In this document: positions 1-8,794 of the stretch, in pieces
How positions within the stretch are numbered: the first letter of the stretch is position 1
How the letters are laid out: each line of letters begins with the position of its first letter
NCBI GenBank assembly: GCA_029262535.1
Contig: JAJCZF010000074.1
Location: forward strand, 8,395 to 72,394
Origin: Deltaproteobacteria bacterium
GTDB lineage: Bacteria; Desulfobacterota; GWC2-55-46; JAJCZF01
Length of the DNA: 64,000 nucleotides
Direction of reading: 5' to 3'
Notes under the pieces: model-generated
Seen by the model: only the letters and a program-made list of their open reading frames with translations
What the model was told of the DNA's origin: nothing
The model's database searches: none
Program-made: the position numbers and the translations under genes

Positions 1-20
1 ACCGAAGGATAAGTAAAGAC

Positions 21-166
21 GCGGGGGAAACTTTCTGTAAAAAGCCACTACCGTGCGGTTAATTGTTTAATTCGGAGGTATTAATGTGATTAGTGCCCAG
101 GATTAAGCAGTGTACCGTTGCCCCGCCGCAGGTGGCCCCCAGACCCCCTTCAAAGACTTTTAATAC
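21..166. repeat. Copy A of a ~150-nt conserved non-coding element (copy B at 10240..10390, same orientation)
   Basis: Direct alignment by eye. The 5' block gcgRgggaaactttctg..aaaggcactaccgtgcggttaa and the 3' block ccaggRttaagcagtgtacNgttgccccRccgcaggtggcYcYcagaccYcYttcaaaRaYttttaata are shared, with a variable centre. No conserved ORF spans it. Confidence 0.7.
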
Positions 167-296
167 TTGGGTTGGTTGCCCCCGTAAAGACCGGTGGGCA
201 ACCAACCCAAGTAGCAAGAGCCATTGCAGGGAATATGGGAAAAACTCACTACAAAAAGTCCCCTTCGGGACTTTACCAATCTTCAAGGCATTTCAT

Positions 297-1382
297 ATGG
301 GACAAAGGATCGTAATAGCCATGAGCGGCGGCGTGGATTCGTCGGTCGCGGCGGCCCTGTTGAAAGAGCAGGGTTACGAGGTCATAGGTGTAACGATGCG
401 CCTTTGGGATAACTCCGCGCTCGAAGAGGAGAGCGGAGCGACACCCGGCGGTTGTTGTTCTCTCGACGATCTTTACGATGCGCGACGCGTGGCCGACGCG
501 CTCGATATCCCCTACTACGTCATGAATATGGAAGAGCACTTTACCCGCGAGGTTGTTGACTATTTTGTTTCAAGTTACCTGAAGGGCGAAACGCCCAATC
601 CCTGCACACGCTGTAATGAGGAGATGAAGTTTCGCGTGCTCTTGAATAAGGCCCGCGAGCTTAAGGCCGACCTCCTTGCCACGGGCCACTATGCGAAGAT
701 ATCCGGGGGCGACGGGGCCCCTTATACCCTCTCCAAGGGGGTTGACGAGAGTAAAGATCAATCATATTTTTTATTCACAATGAATCAGGAAGAGCTTTCG
801 CGTGTGGTATTTCCGCTTGGCGGCATGACCAAGGACGAGGTGCGCGCCTACGCCGAGAAGATGGGTATTCGCACGGCACAGAAGCAAGAGAGCCAGGAGA
901 TATGCTTTGTGCCGGACGACGACTACGGACGATTTATAAGCGAGAGGGTCGAGACAGCTCTCGGCGGTGATATAGTTGATAGAGACGGTAATGTGCTCGG
1001 TTCTCACGAGGGGCTATTTCGTTATACGATAGGTCAGAGAAAGGGGCTCGGCATAGGCGGCCCCGGCGGGCCGTATTACGTTATCTCGCTCGATATGGAT
1101 ACCAACAGGCTCGTAGTCGGCCCGAAAGAGGGGCTTTATTCAAATGGCCTTAAGGCAAGAGAAGTAAACTGGATAAATGAGATGCCCGGTGCGGGAGAGA
1201 AGCTTGTCGCAAAGACCCGCTATCGCCATCCCGGTTCCATATGCCATATAGTTAAGGCCGGGGGCGGACTGCTTGAACTCGCTTTTGAAGAGCCTGAACG
1301 CGCCGTGACGCCGGGGCAGGCCGTGGTCCTGTATCGTGGAGACGAGTTGCTTGGCGGCGGCTGGATAGAGGAGGCTCTTTAG
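297..1382 (+). CDS. mnmA: tRNA 2-thiouridylase MnmA
   Basis: PP-loop IAMSGGVDSS, CTRCN and DQSYFL motifs, and full-length MnmA-like layout. I moved the start to ATG 297 because the upstream 68 codons of the tracked ORF overlie the non-coding repeat. Confidence 0.9.
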   Translation: MGQRIVIAMSGGVDSSVAAALLKEQGYEVIGVTMRLWDNSALEEESGATPGGCCSLDDLYDARRVADALDIPYYVMNMEEHFTREVVDYFVSSYLKGETPNPCTRCNEEMKFRVLLNKARELKADLLATGHYAKISGGDGAPYTLSKGVDESKDQSYFLFTMNQEELSRVVFPLGGMTKDEVRAYAEKMGIRTAQKQESQEICFVPDDDYGRFISERVETALGGDIVDRDGNVLGSHEGLFRYTIGQRKGLGIGGPGGPYYVISLDMDTNRLVVGPKEGLYSNGLKAREVNWINEMPGAGEKLVAKTRYRHPGSICHIVKAGGGLLELAFEEPERAVTPGQAVVLYRGDELLGGGWIEEAL

Positions 1383-2708
1383 ATGGTAGATATTAATACC
1401 GTCTCTATCTTTACGCTCGGTTGCCGCTCGAATCAGTACGACTCCGCCGCCATAGAAGGTTTAATAACCGGCGGGGGGCTGACGATTGTCGATTATTCCG
1501 GTCCGGAAATTGCCGACGCATATATAATAAATACCTGCACCGTAACAAGCCGGACAGACTCCGAGGCCCGACAGGTCATCCGCCGCATTAAAAGAAATAA
1601 CCCAAAAGCATTTATAATCGTTACGGGCTGCTACGCCCAGGTCTCACCCGAAGAGCTTGCAAAGATCGAGGATGTGGACGTCATACTCGGCAACCCTGAA
1701 AAGGACGATGTATTAAAATACCTCAAAAGCGAAAGTCAGGGCCGGGTAACCGATGTCGGCGATTATCTAAAAGGCGCGCCGCTCTCGCTTCGCGCCAAGG
1801 GCGCAAGCGGCAGGACGAGGGCCAATCTCAAGGTGCAGGACGGTTGCGATAAGCGCTGTACCTACTGCATCATCCCGATGGCTCGCGGGGCATCGAAGAG
1901 CCTTGAGCCGGACCAGATATTATCAGAGATGGAAGGGCTTATTGAAGACGGCTTTGTGGAGTTCGTCTTTACCGGCATACATCTTGGCGCGTGGGGCGCC
2001 GATCTCTCTCCCGCGCGCTCCATGACCGATCTTCTTCGTGAGATAGAAAAGAGAGATTACCCGATTCGTATTAGGCTCAGTTCGCTCGACCCGGACGAGG
2101 TCTCGGACGAACTTATCGATATCATCGCCTCGTCTTCCGTAATATGCCATCACCTGCACCTGCCGGTTCAGAGCGGGGACGATACTATTCTAAAGAGCAT
2201 GGGGCGTCCCTATACGGCGGCGACATTTGTTGAAAATGTAACGAAGCTTCATGACCGGATACCTGGTATCTCGATCGGCACCGATATCATCTCGGGCTTC
2301 CCCGGAGAGGGAGAGCTTGAGAGCGAAAATACCTATGCAATGATAGACGACCTGCCGTTAAGTTATCTCCATGTATTCCCCTATTCGGTACGGAGCGGCA
2401 CCCCTGCGGCCTCCTTTGCGGGACAGGTAGAGCCAAAGATCATAAAAAGCCGCGCCCACAGGCTCAGAGAGCTTGATATTATCAAGCGGAGGGTCTATTA
2501 TAGTGCTTTTATGGGTAAAGAGGAACGGGTCCTGATAGAATCGAAGAGAGATCGTAAGAGCGGCCTGCTCAAAGGGCGCACACGCAACTATATTCCTGCC
2601 TACATGGACTATGCGGGCGACCTGGAGGAGCTTTACGGCATGGAGCAACGGGTGCGTCTCACCTCTGAGTTTATGGACGGTTTGAAGGCGGAACTGTTTG
2701 ATATTTAG
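1383..2708 (+). CDS. mtaB: MiaB/MtaB-family tRNA methylthiotransferase (radical SAM)
   Basis: N-terminal UPF0004-type Cys triad (GCRSN, NTCTVT, TGCYAQ), radical-SAM CDKRCTYC and a TRAM-like C-terminus. The ATG overlaps the mnmA stop (tagATG). Confidence 0.85.
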   Translation: MVDINTVSIFTLGCRSNQYDSAAIEGLITGGGLTIVDYSGPEIADAYIINTCTVTSRTDSEARQVIRRIKRNNPKAFIIVTGCYAQVSPEELAKIEDVDVILGNPEKDDVLKYLKSESQGRVTDVGDYLKGAPLSLRAKGASGRTRANLKVQDGCDKRCTYCIIPMARGASKSLEPDQILSEMEGLIEDGFVEFVFTGIHLGAWGADLSPARSMTDLLREIEKRDYPIRIRLSSLDPDEVSDELIDIIASSSVICHHLHLPVQSGDDTILKSMGRPYTAATFVENVTKLHDRIPGISIGTDIISGFPGEGELESENTYAMIDDLPLSYLHVFPYSVRSGTPAASFAGQVEPKIIKSRAHRLRELDIIKRRVYYSAFMGKEERVLIESKRDRKSGLLKGRTRNYIPAYMDYAGDLEELYGMEQRVRLTSEFMDGLKAELFDI

Positions 2709-2750
2709 TCCTTTTTTCAGTTCGGAGTCAGCTTTTATTAAATTTTTAAT

Positions 2751-3500
2751 TTGGGCAATTTGTTGACAGTGGATAATTTTGATAAATTAAAAAAACGGCT
2801 TCCATTCTCTTTCGAGGATGATAAAATATTACAAAATGTCTTTGTCCACGGTTCCTTTCTGAAGGAAAGAGAGGGGCGGGGGCTAACGAGCAACGAGCGT
2901 CTGGAATTTCTTGGCGACGCCATACTCGAAAGCGTCATAAGCCATATTCTCTTTGAAAAATTTCCTGAGCGGAGCGAAGGAGAGCTTACAAGGTTTCGTT
3001 CAAGGCTCGTTAACAGACAGGTGCTTGCTCTTCTTGCCCGCGAGCTTTCGCTTGGCGATTATCTGTTGCTCGGCAAGGGCGAGGTCGTTAGTGGCGTCGC
3101 CGAGAACGACGCCATACTCTCTAATACCTTTGAGGCCCTTCTGGCCGCCATATACCTTGACGGCGGCGGGCAGACCGGCGAAGGTTACAAGAGGGCTTTT
3201 GCATTTATAAAAGAACTTTTTCTTGAGTTGATAGAGGACGGCGTGGGAGATATCGCGCACTTTGACCACAAACCGGCCTTGCAGGAGCTTACGCAGGCGC
3301 GTTTTAAGGTCGAACCCTCCTACGAGCTTATAGCCGAAGAGGGTCTGCCCCACCAGAGAGTCTTTACTATCGAGGTCCGGGTAATGGACAAGATACTCGG
3401 CACCGGCACTGCCGGAAAGAAGAAAGACGCCGAGCAGCTGGCCGCTAAAGAGGCGCTTGATAAGCTTGCGGAGGAAGAGCTGTCCGCTCCTGAAAATTAA
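2751..3500 (+). CDS. rnc: Ribonuclease III
   Basis: RNase III signature ERLEFLGDAILE and a C-terminal dsRNA-binding domain (GKKKDAEQLAAKEAL). The TTG start is tentative. Confidence 0.9.
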   Translation: MGNLLTVDNFDKLKKRLPFSFEDDKILQNVFVHGSFLKEREGRGLTSNERLEFLGDAILESVISHILFEKFPERSEGELTRFRSRLVNRQVLALLARELSLGDYLLLGKGEVVSGVAENDAILSNTFEALLAAIYLDGGGQTGEGYKRAFAFIKELFLELIEDGVGDIAHFDHKPALQELTQARFKVEPSYELIAEEGLPHQRVFTIEVRVMDKILGTGTAGKKKDAEQLAAKEALDKLAEEELSAPEN

Positions 3501-3683
3501 GTGTTGCACATATCTATTTTTATTTTTTCAAGAAGCCTCTCCTGAATTATATCGGAGGGTAAAAATTAGGGATTTTCCTCAAGGTCGAGGCGGGGCTGAC
3601 AATAAAAAGCGGAGCGTATGCTTTATACGTGAGCATTTTTATTTTTAGTCCCAACGAAGAGATTGAGGAAAAGAGCAATTTTT

Positions 3684-4505
3684 ATGGCTAAAAAGATACC
3701 TTATCTGATTATTCCTATTTTTATTCCTTTTGGCGGGTGTCCGCACCAGTGCGTCTTTTGCGATCAGACGAAGATAACCGGCGCCTCGCTTCTGCCGTCG
3801 CAGACTGAGATCGGGCGCACTATCGAAGAGTATCTATCCACCTGGACCCGTGGCGGCAGAAAAGAGGTCGCCTTCTACGGCGGCACCTTTACCGGTTTTC
3901 CAATGGATGTTCAGGAGGATTTTTTAAAGGGCGCGCACCGTTATATAAAGTCCGGGCGTATCGACTCGATACGTATCTCCACACGGCCCGATTATATATG
4001 CGACGAGACGATAAAGGTGCTCAAGAAATACGGTGTCGGCGCGGTCGAGCTCGGTGTGCAGTCGATGGTCAATAGCGTGCTTCGCAACTCCGGACGCGGA
4101 CACGGGGGTAAAGATACCGTTCGCGCCGTAAGGCTCTTGAAAGAGGCAGGCATCAAGGTCGGCATCCAGCTCATGCCGGGCCTTCCGGGAGATACCAAAA
4201 ACACCATAATCAATACCGCCAGACGGGTCATAATCTTAAAGCCCAATTTTGTCCGCATCTATCCTACGCTTGTTATAAAGGATACGCCGCTACACGATAT
4301 GTACCTGATGGGAAAGTACAAGCCCTGGGTGCTCGAAGATATGGTAGATGTCTGTCAGGAGATATATAAGCTCTTCACCCGCGCCAATGTCACCATTATC
4401 AGGATGGGCCTTCAGGCCTCAAAAGAACTCGAAGAAAATATCATAGCCGGTCCGTATCATCCGTCATTTCGCCAGCTCGTAGAGGGTCGCGTAAGCGCGG
4501 CGTAG
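3684..4505 (+). CDS. Radical SAM protein (ELP3-like catalytic domain only)
   Basis: CPHQCVFC (CxxxCxxC) near the N-terminus with a TIM-barrel-like remainder. I prefer ATG 3684 over TTG 3663. Confidence 0.7.
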   Translation: MAKKIPYLIIPIFIPFGGCPHQCVFCDQTKITGASLLPSQTEIGRTIEEYLSTWTRGGRKEVAFYGGTFTGFPMDVQEDFLKGAHRYIKSGRIDSIRISTRPDYICDETIKVLKKYGVGAVELGVQSMVNSVLRNSGRGHGGKDTVRAVRLLKEAGIKVGIQLMPGLPGDTKNTIINTARRVIILKPNFVRIYPTLVIKDTPLHDMYLMGKYKPWVLEDMVDVCQEIYKLFTRANVTIIRMGLQASKELEENIIAGPYHPSFRQLVEGRVSAA

Positions 4506-4521
4506 GCCGGTCGCCTATCTC

Positions 4522-5220
4522 TTAAGCAAGGTCGAATAAGAGAAACTCGCACTCGCTCACCCCTTCTATATATAAAGACTCTTCTTCGCTCACGGCGCAC
4601 GCGTCGCCGGCGAATATTTCGTGATCTCCAACACGCATCTCGCCTGTTATGAGCTGGAGCCAGATGTGGCGTCCGGGGGCGATTGCGTATTCAAGCTTCC
4701 TTCCCTCAACCATGCGGGATGAATATAAGGATAGATCCTGCCGGACCGTGAGCGAGCCGTCCCTGCCGTCTGGCGACGCGATAAGGCAAAGCGTGCTCGT
4801 TACGAGCCCTTCGGTAAAGTCCTTCTGTTCATATGAGGGTGTGAGCCCCTCTTCGTCCGGTAAAACCCATATCTGTAATAGGTGCACAGCCTCTTCCGTC
4901 GAAGGGTTGGACTCGCTGTGCCTTACGCCGGTCCCGGCCCTCATGCGTTGGACCTCTCCGGCTCGGATGGTCGCGCCGTTACCCATGTCGTCGCGGTGTT
5001 CGAGCGAGCCGCTTATGATGTAAGTAATGATCTCCATGTCGGCGTGCGGGTGCGTGGGAAAACCTTGACCCGGCTCGACACGATCTTCGTTAATAACGCG
5101 AAGCGCGCGAAAGCCCATATGGGCCGCGTCCTGATAGGTGCCGAACGAGAATGTATGGTATGTATCGAGCCACCCATGGTTAAGATGGCCCCGGTCGCGG
5201 GAACGTCTAACGGTAATCAT
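4522..5220 (-). CDS. Pirin-family cupin protein
   Basis: N-terminal RGHLNHGWLDTYHTFSF and metal-binding FPTHPHADMEI, with bicupin length. Confidence 0.85.
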   Translation of the reverse strand: MITVRRSRDRGHLNHGWLDTYHTFSFGTYQDAAHMGFRALRVINEDRVEPGQGFPTHPHADMEIITYIISGSLEHRDDMGNGATIRAGEVQRMRAGTGVRHSESNPSTEEAVHLLQIWVLPDEEGLTPSYEQKDFTEGLVTSTLCLIASPDGRDGSLTVRQDLSLYSSRMVEGRKLEYAIAPGRHIWLQLITGEMRVGDHEIFAGDACAVSEEESLYIEGVSECEFLLFDLA

Positions 5221-6197
5221 TTGGGGCCTCCGAATGGAACAGGTACGTCGGGGGTTTTATTCTCAAAAGATACTTTTATAATTCGAGTATCAATTTGCTT
5301 ATATTGAAAAATGGCCTTTGCTTTTGCACATAGTCTAGTGTCAGCACTTAGAAATATGTGGCAAAATGAAGCATACCCTAAGTGATTACCATCACTTTGA
5401 AAGTTTGACATGTTAGTAGGTTTCGACAGTCCTCTATCTGCTTTGTACCCGAGCATATTTAGCGCCGCATGACAGGCCGTAATGCCTAGGTTTAATGGTA
5501 CTTTTTTGAATCCGTTTTCTGTCATTTGTTCAAACCCGAACACTTGATCACATGTAAGAGAAGGGTTCTTGTTTTTAATAAGTTGCCAGATTTCTTCAAT
5601 AATGTTACTTCCTTTTGTTGCTACGGCCTTGCCGCTATCAGTACCAAACGCTTTTCTTAATTCTTCAAGAGGCATAGTTTTATTAAGGTTTTTCTCTATC
5701 ATTGAAAATAGAGTGTCGTTGACTGATTTGACTTCGTTCATGAGCATGTTGGTTATCTGGGATGGCATGCCAATTTCTTCGAACATCGTTTTAATTTCAG
5801 TAGTGCAATTTTTAAGCGAAGTAAGGACATCTTCAAAGTTATCTGCTCCCATGATGCGAGAACTAGCGGCTCTGAAAAAATTCGCGTTTTCGTCTATTTT
5901 AATATTACTAGTTGCTTTCTTATACGTTTGATAAACTTGATTAATTTCTTCATAAGGGTGTATTTTTGCTTCTTCTGTTATCTGAAAACTTTGGTTAACG
6001 TTAAATTCAATTCTTTGGGCTTTTATTTTCTCTAGGATTGCGAAACACCTAAAGTCATTTGAACGTTCCATCTCGACAAAATGCTCATTGGAATAAACCC
6101 ATACAACATTCTCTATAGGAGAAAGGTTAAGTGTCCCATCTTGCGCATAACTGAGTATATTTTGGTCAAGATAAATTCTGATTTTTTGATCTTCCAA
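5217..6197 (-). CDS. Hypothetical protein in an AT-rich island; possible split PIN-like nuclease
   Basis: The 326-aa ORF is sharply AT-rich: sampled 60-nt lines give 28-42% G+C against ~63% in a flank line. The N-terminus has IRIYLDQNILS and SNEHFVEMER, and the C-terminus has SDGNHLGYA..IFLSADTRL. These resemble the four acidic PIN positions separated by a ~200-aa helical insert. Its TGA overlaps the pirin ATG (ATGA). Confidence 0.45.
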   Translation of the reverse strand: MEDQKIRIYLDQNILSYAQDGTLNLSPIENVVWVYSNEHFVEMERSNDFRCFAILEKIKAQRIEFNVNQSFQITEEAKIHPYEEINQVYQTYKKATSNIKIDENANFFRAASSRIMGADNFEDVLTSLKNCTTEIKTMFEEIGMPSQITNMLMNEVKSVNDTLFSMIEKNLNKTMPLEELRKAFGTDSGKAVATKGSNIIEEIWQLIKNKNPSLTCDQVFGFEQMTENGFKKVPLNLGITACHAALNMLGYKADRGLSKPTNMSNFQSDGNHLGYASFCHIFLSADTRLCAKAKAIFQYKQIDTRIIKVSFENKTPDVPVPFGGPK

Positions 6198-6244
6198 GAT
6201 TATACCCTCAAGTAAGTTAGGTTGTATAAGGAGAGGAAGGGACC

Positions 6245-6805
6245 CTACAACCGCGCCAAGACCCCCTGATTCACCTCTTCGGCCTTTTCCTTCGATACAA
6301 GTATCTCAACAAGTTTAAAGGCGAATTCGAGGGCCGTTCCCGGGCCCTGGCTGGTGATTAGTTTGTCGTCCACGACGACTCGGTCTTCTATTACGTTTGC
6401 GTCTATGAGTTCGTTTATTACGGAGGGGTGACAGGTGATGGTGCGGCCTTCGGTGAGAGAAGCATCTTTCAGTACGGTCGGCGCGGCGCAGATTGCGGCG
6501 ATATATTTGCCCTGGTTGGAGAAATCTTTTAGCAGATCGCGTATGCGCAGGTCGCCGCGCAGGTTGTCTGTGCCGTCCTTGCCGCCGGGCAATACTATCA
6601 TGTCGAAACCCTTGGCGGTGAGGCCTTCAAGCGGTTCGTCGGGCGCGACCTTTATGGCGCACTTGCCTTTTATCAGACTGTTTTTGGTATCTTTGGCCGT
6701 GCCGGCGACGACCACCTCGACTCCGGCTCGGCGAAGGATATCAACGACTGCCAGGGCTTCTATCTCTTCAAAACCCGGCGCGAGAGGCATAAGAACTCTT
6801 GGCAT
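6245..6805 (-). CDS. DJ-1/PfpI family protein
   Basis: Nucleophile-elbow Cys in YIAAICAAP and a typical ~185-aa length. Confidence 0.85.
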   Translation of the reverse strand: MPRVLMPLAPGFEEIEALAVVDILRRAGVEVVVAGTAKDTKNSLIKGKCAIKVAPDEPLEGLTAKGFDMIVLPGGKDGTDNLRGDLRIRDLLKDFSNQGKYIAAICAAPTVLKDASLTEGRTITCHPSVINELIDANVIEDRVVVDDKLITSQGPGTALEFAFKLVEILVSKEKAEEVNQGVLARL

Positions 6806-6816
6806 TTTTTCATCCT

Positions 6817-7263
6817 TTATTTTCTTTCGTATGTGCCCATTACGGTCGATTCGGCTATGATGTGTCCGGCCATTGCCGCCTCGACCTCTTTCTTGGTTGC
6901 GCCTTCGGCTAGTCCCAGCGTCGCTATGTCGAGCGAGTAGAGCTTGAAGAAGTAGCGGTGAACGCCGTGACCCTTGGGGGGCATGGGGCCGCCGTAACCG
7001 ATATCGCCAAAGCCGTTGATGCCTTCGATTGCGCCGTCCTCGTAGGGGTCTACCCTTAATGCGTCGCCCGGCAGATCGAATAAGACCCAGTGGACGAATG
7101 GCTCGTCCATCGGAGCGTCGGGGTCGTCGCCTATGAGGGCGTAACTCTTGACATTGGCCGGGGGGTTGTCGATATTGAATTCCGGAGTGCGGTCCATGCT
7201 GTCGCCGGTAAATTCACGTGGTATGGGCAGTCCGTCGGCAAATGCGGTGCAGGTAAGTAACAT
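6817..7263 (-). CDS. YbhB/YbcL-family PEBP (Raf-kinase-inhibitor-like) protein
   Basis: DDPDAP..HWVLFD and GYGGPMPPKGHGVHRYFFKLYSLD motifs. Confidence 0.85.
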   Translation of the reverse strand: MLLTCTAFADGLPIPREFTGDSMDRTPEFNIDNPPANVKSYALIGDDPDAPMDEPFVHWVLFDLPGDALRVDPYEDGAIEGINGFGDIGYGGPMPPKGHGVHRYFFKLYSLDIATLGLAEGATKKEVEAAMAGHIIAESTVMGTYERK

Positions 7264-7484
7264 GATGATATCTCCTCTTTTTAGTTCATGCCGTGACGGC
7301 GTAAGAGGCCGTACGGCAAATTAGTGAGAAATATTTAAAAACCAGCCGAAATGAAAATGATCCCCTATTTTACACCCGTTTTAGATGATTGCAACAGGTT
7401 TTTGCGTTTTTGGGATTGCTAGATGGGTGAAAAAGATTTATATTGGAGATAGGGGGAGTTTTCCCCACCTAATCGGAGGAAAAA

Positions 7485-8636
7485 ATGGAAGAAAAAGAGA
7501 TGGAAGTAGTACCGGGGTTGGCAGGCATACCCGCGGCCGAGTCGGGCATAAGTTTTGTGGACGGACTAAAGGGCATTTTGGAATATCGCGGCATTAATAT
7601 TTCCGACCTTGCCGAGCATAGTACTTTTCTGGAGAGTTCCTACCTTCTCGTATTCGGCAAACTGCCTAATAAAGAAGAGTTCGAGTCCTTTTCTCATGAT
7701 ATAAAATTCCATACAAGGCTAAAGCTCAAGGTACTGCGTTTGATGGAGGATCTGCCCGAGAACGGCCATCCAATGGACTACTTGCAGGCCGTGGTGAGCG
7801 CCATGGGCATGTACTATCCGGCCAGAGACACGCTTGACGAAACGGTTCGCTACGAGTCGGTCGTAAGGCTCATTGCAAAGATGCCGACCATTGTGGCGGC
7901 AAGCCACAGGTTAAGGCACGGCGACGCGCCGATAGCGCCCAATAACGATATCTCTTTTGCGGCTAACTTCTACTATATGCTCTTTGAGAAAGAACCAGAC
8001 CCGCTTATCGAGAAGATAATCGACGTACTCTTAATCCTTCATGCCGATCATACTATGAATGCCTCTACATTCAGCGCGCGCGTGGTCGGCTCGACACTTG
8101 CCGATCCATATACGGTGGTATCTTCGGCCGTTGGCACGCTCTCGGGTCCCCTTCACGGCGGGGCAAACGAAAAGGTCATCGAGATGCTTCGCGATATTGG
8201 CACGGCCGACAAGGCGCGCCCTTATATAGAGGGAAAGATAGACCGCAAGGAGAAGATAATGGGCATAGGGCACAGGGTCTATAAGACGAAGGACCCACGC
8301 GCCGTATTATTGCAAAAGTACGCCCATTCGCTATTTGACCATTCGGAGGCGAAAAATACCGAGATACTCGCCATTGCCGAAGAGGTTGAGAAGGTATGCC
8401 AGGAACGGCTTGCGCCTAAAGGGCTCTATCCTAATGTGGATTTCTATTCGGGAATAGTCTTTCAGGCCATAGGCATACCGCCGGAACTCTTTACGCCGAT
8501 ATTCGCTGTAGGACGCGTCTCAGGGTGGCTCGCGCACTGGGAGGAACAGCTCAAGACAAATCGTATCTACAGGCCCACACAGATATATACGGGCACGCAT
8601 GAGGTCGCTTATCTACCTATGGACAAGAGAGAATAA
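7485..8636 (+). CDS. gltA: Citrate synthase (small, type-I-like form)
   Basis: LILHADH and GIGHRVYKTKDPR catalytic motifs; 383 aa. Confidence 0.9.
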   Translation: MEEKEMEVVPGLAGIPAAESGISFVDGLKGILEYRGINISDLAEHSTFLESSYLLVFGKLPNKEEFESFSHDIKFHTRLKLKVLRLMEDLPENGHPMDYLQAVVSAMGMYYPARDTLDETVRYESVVRLIAKMPTIVAASHRLRHGDAPIAPNNDISFAANFYYMLFEKEPDPLIEKIIDVLLILHADHTMNASTFSARVVGSTLADPYTVVSSAVGTLSGPLHGGANEKVIEMLRDIGTADKARPYIEGKIDRKEKIMGIGHRVYKTKDPRAVLLQKYAHSLFDHSEAKNTEILAIAEEVEKVCQERLAPKGLYPNVDFYSGIVFQAIGIPPELFTPIFAVGRVSGWLAHWEEQLKTNRIYRPTQIYTGTHEVAYLPMDKRE

Positions 8637-8691
8637 TAGAGGTTAACTTGTCGTAAAAAACCGTGGATAGGTGAAATAGTTCAAAAAACAC

Positions 8692-8720
8692 TTGACAAAA
8701 AGCCATCAACTTATTATTAT
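8692..8720 (+). promoter_or_regulatory. Sigma-70-type promoter: TTGACA, 17-nt spacer, TATTAT
   Basis: Read directly: TTGACA at 8692-8697, a 17-nt spacer, then TATTAT at 8715-8720, about 75 nt upstream of the M23 peptidase start. Confidence 0.55.
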
Positions 8721-8794
8721 TTAAGGAATTTTACTGCCGGACAGGGGCGTCCGGTTCTAATTCTTCTTTTCCTTAAATAAAAAAGAAAAGATCT

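Noticed and set aside
93-296. A 68-codon N-terminal extension of the mnmA ORF.
   Set aside because: This stretch overlies the non-coding repeat and hairpin that also occur at 10240-10520, where no such frame exists. The MnmA PP-loop begins right after ATG 297.
3501-3662. A possible terminator or sRNA downstream of rnc (atgct..agcat stem followed by a T-run).
   Set aside because: The stem has only 5 bp and a long loop, which is too weak to call.
4649-5307. Plus-strand ORFs of 124 and 141 aa overlapping the pirin gene.
   Set aside because: They are antisense to a well-supported pirin CDS and have no motifs.
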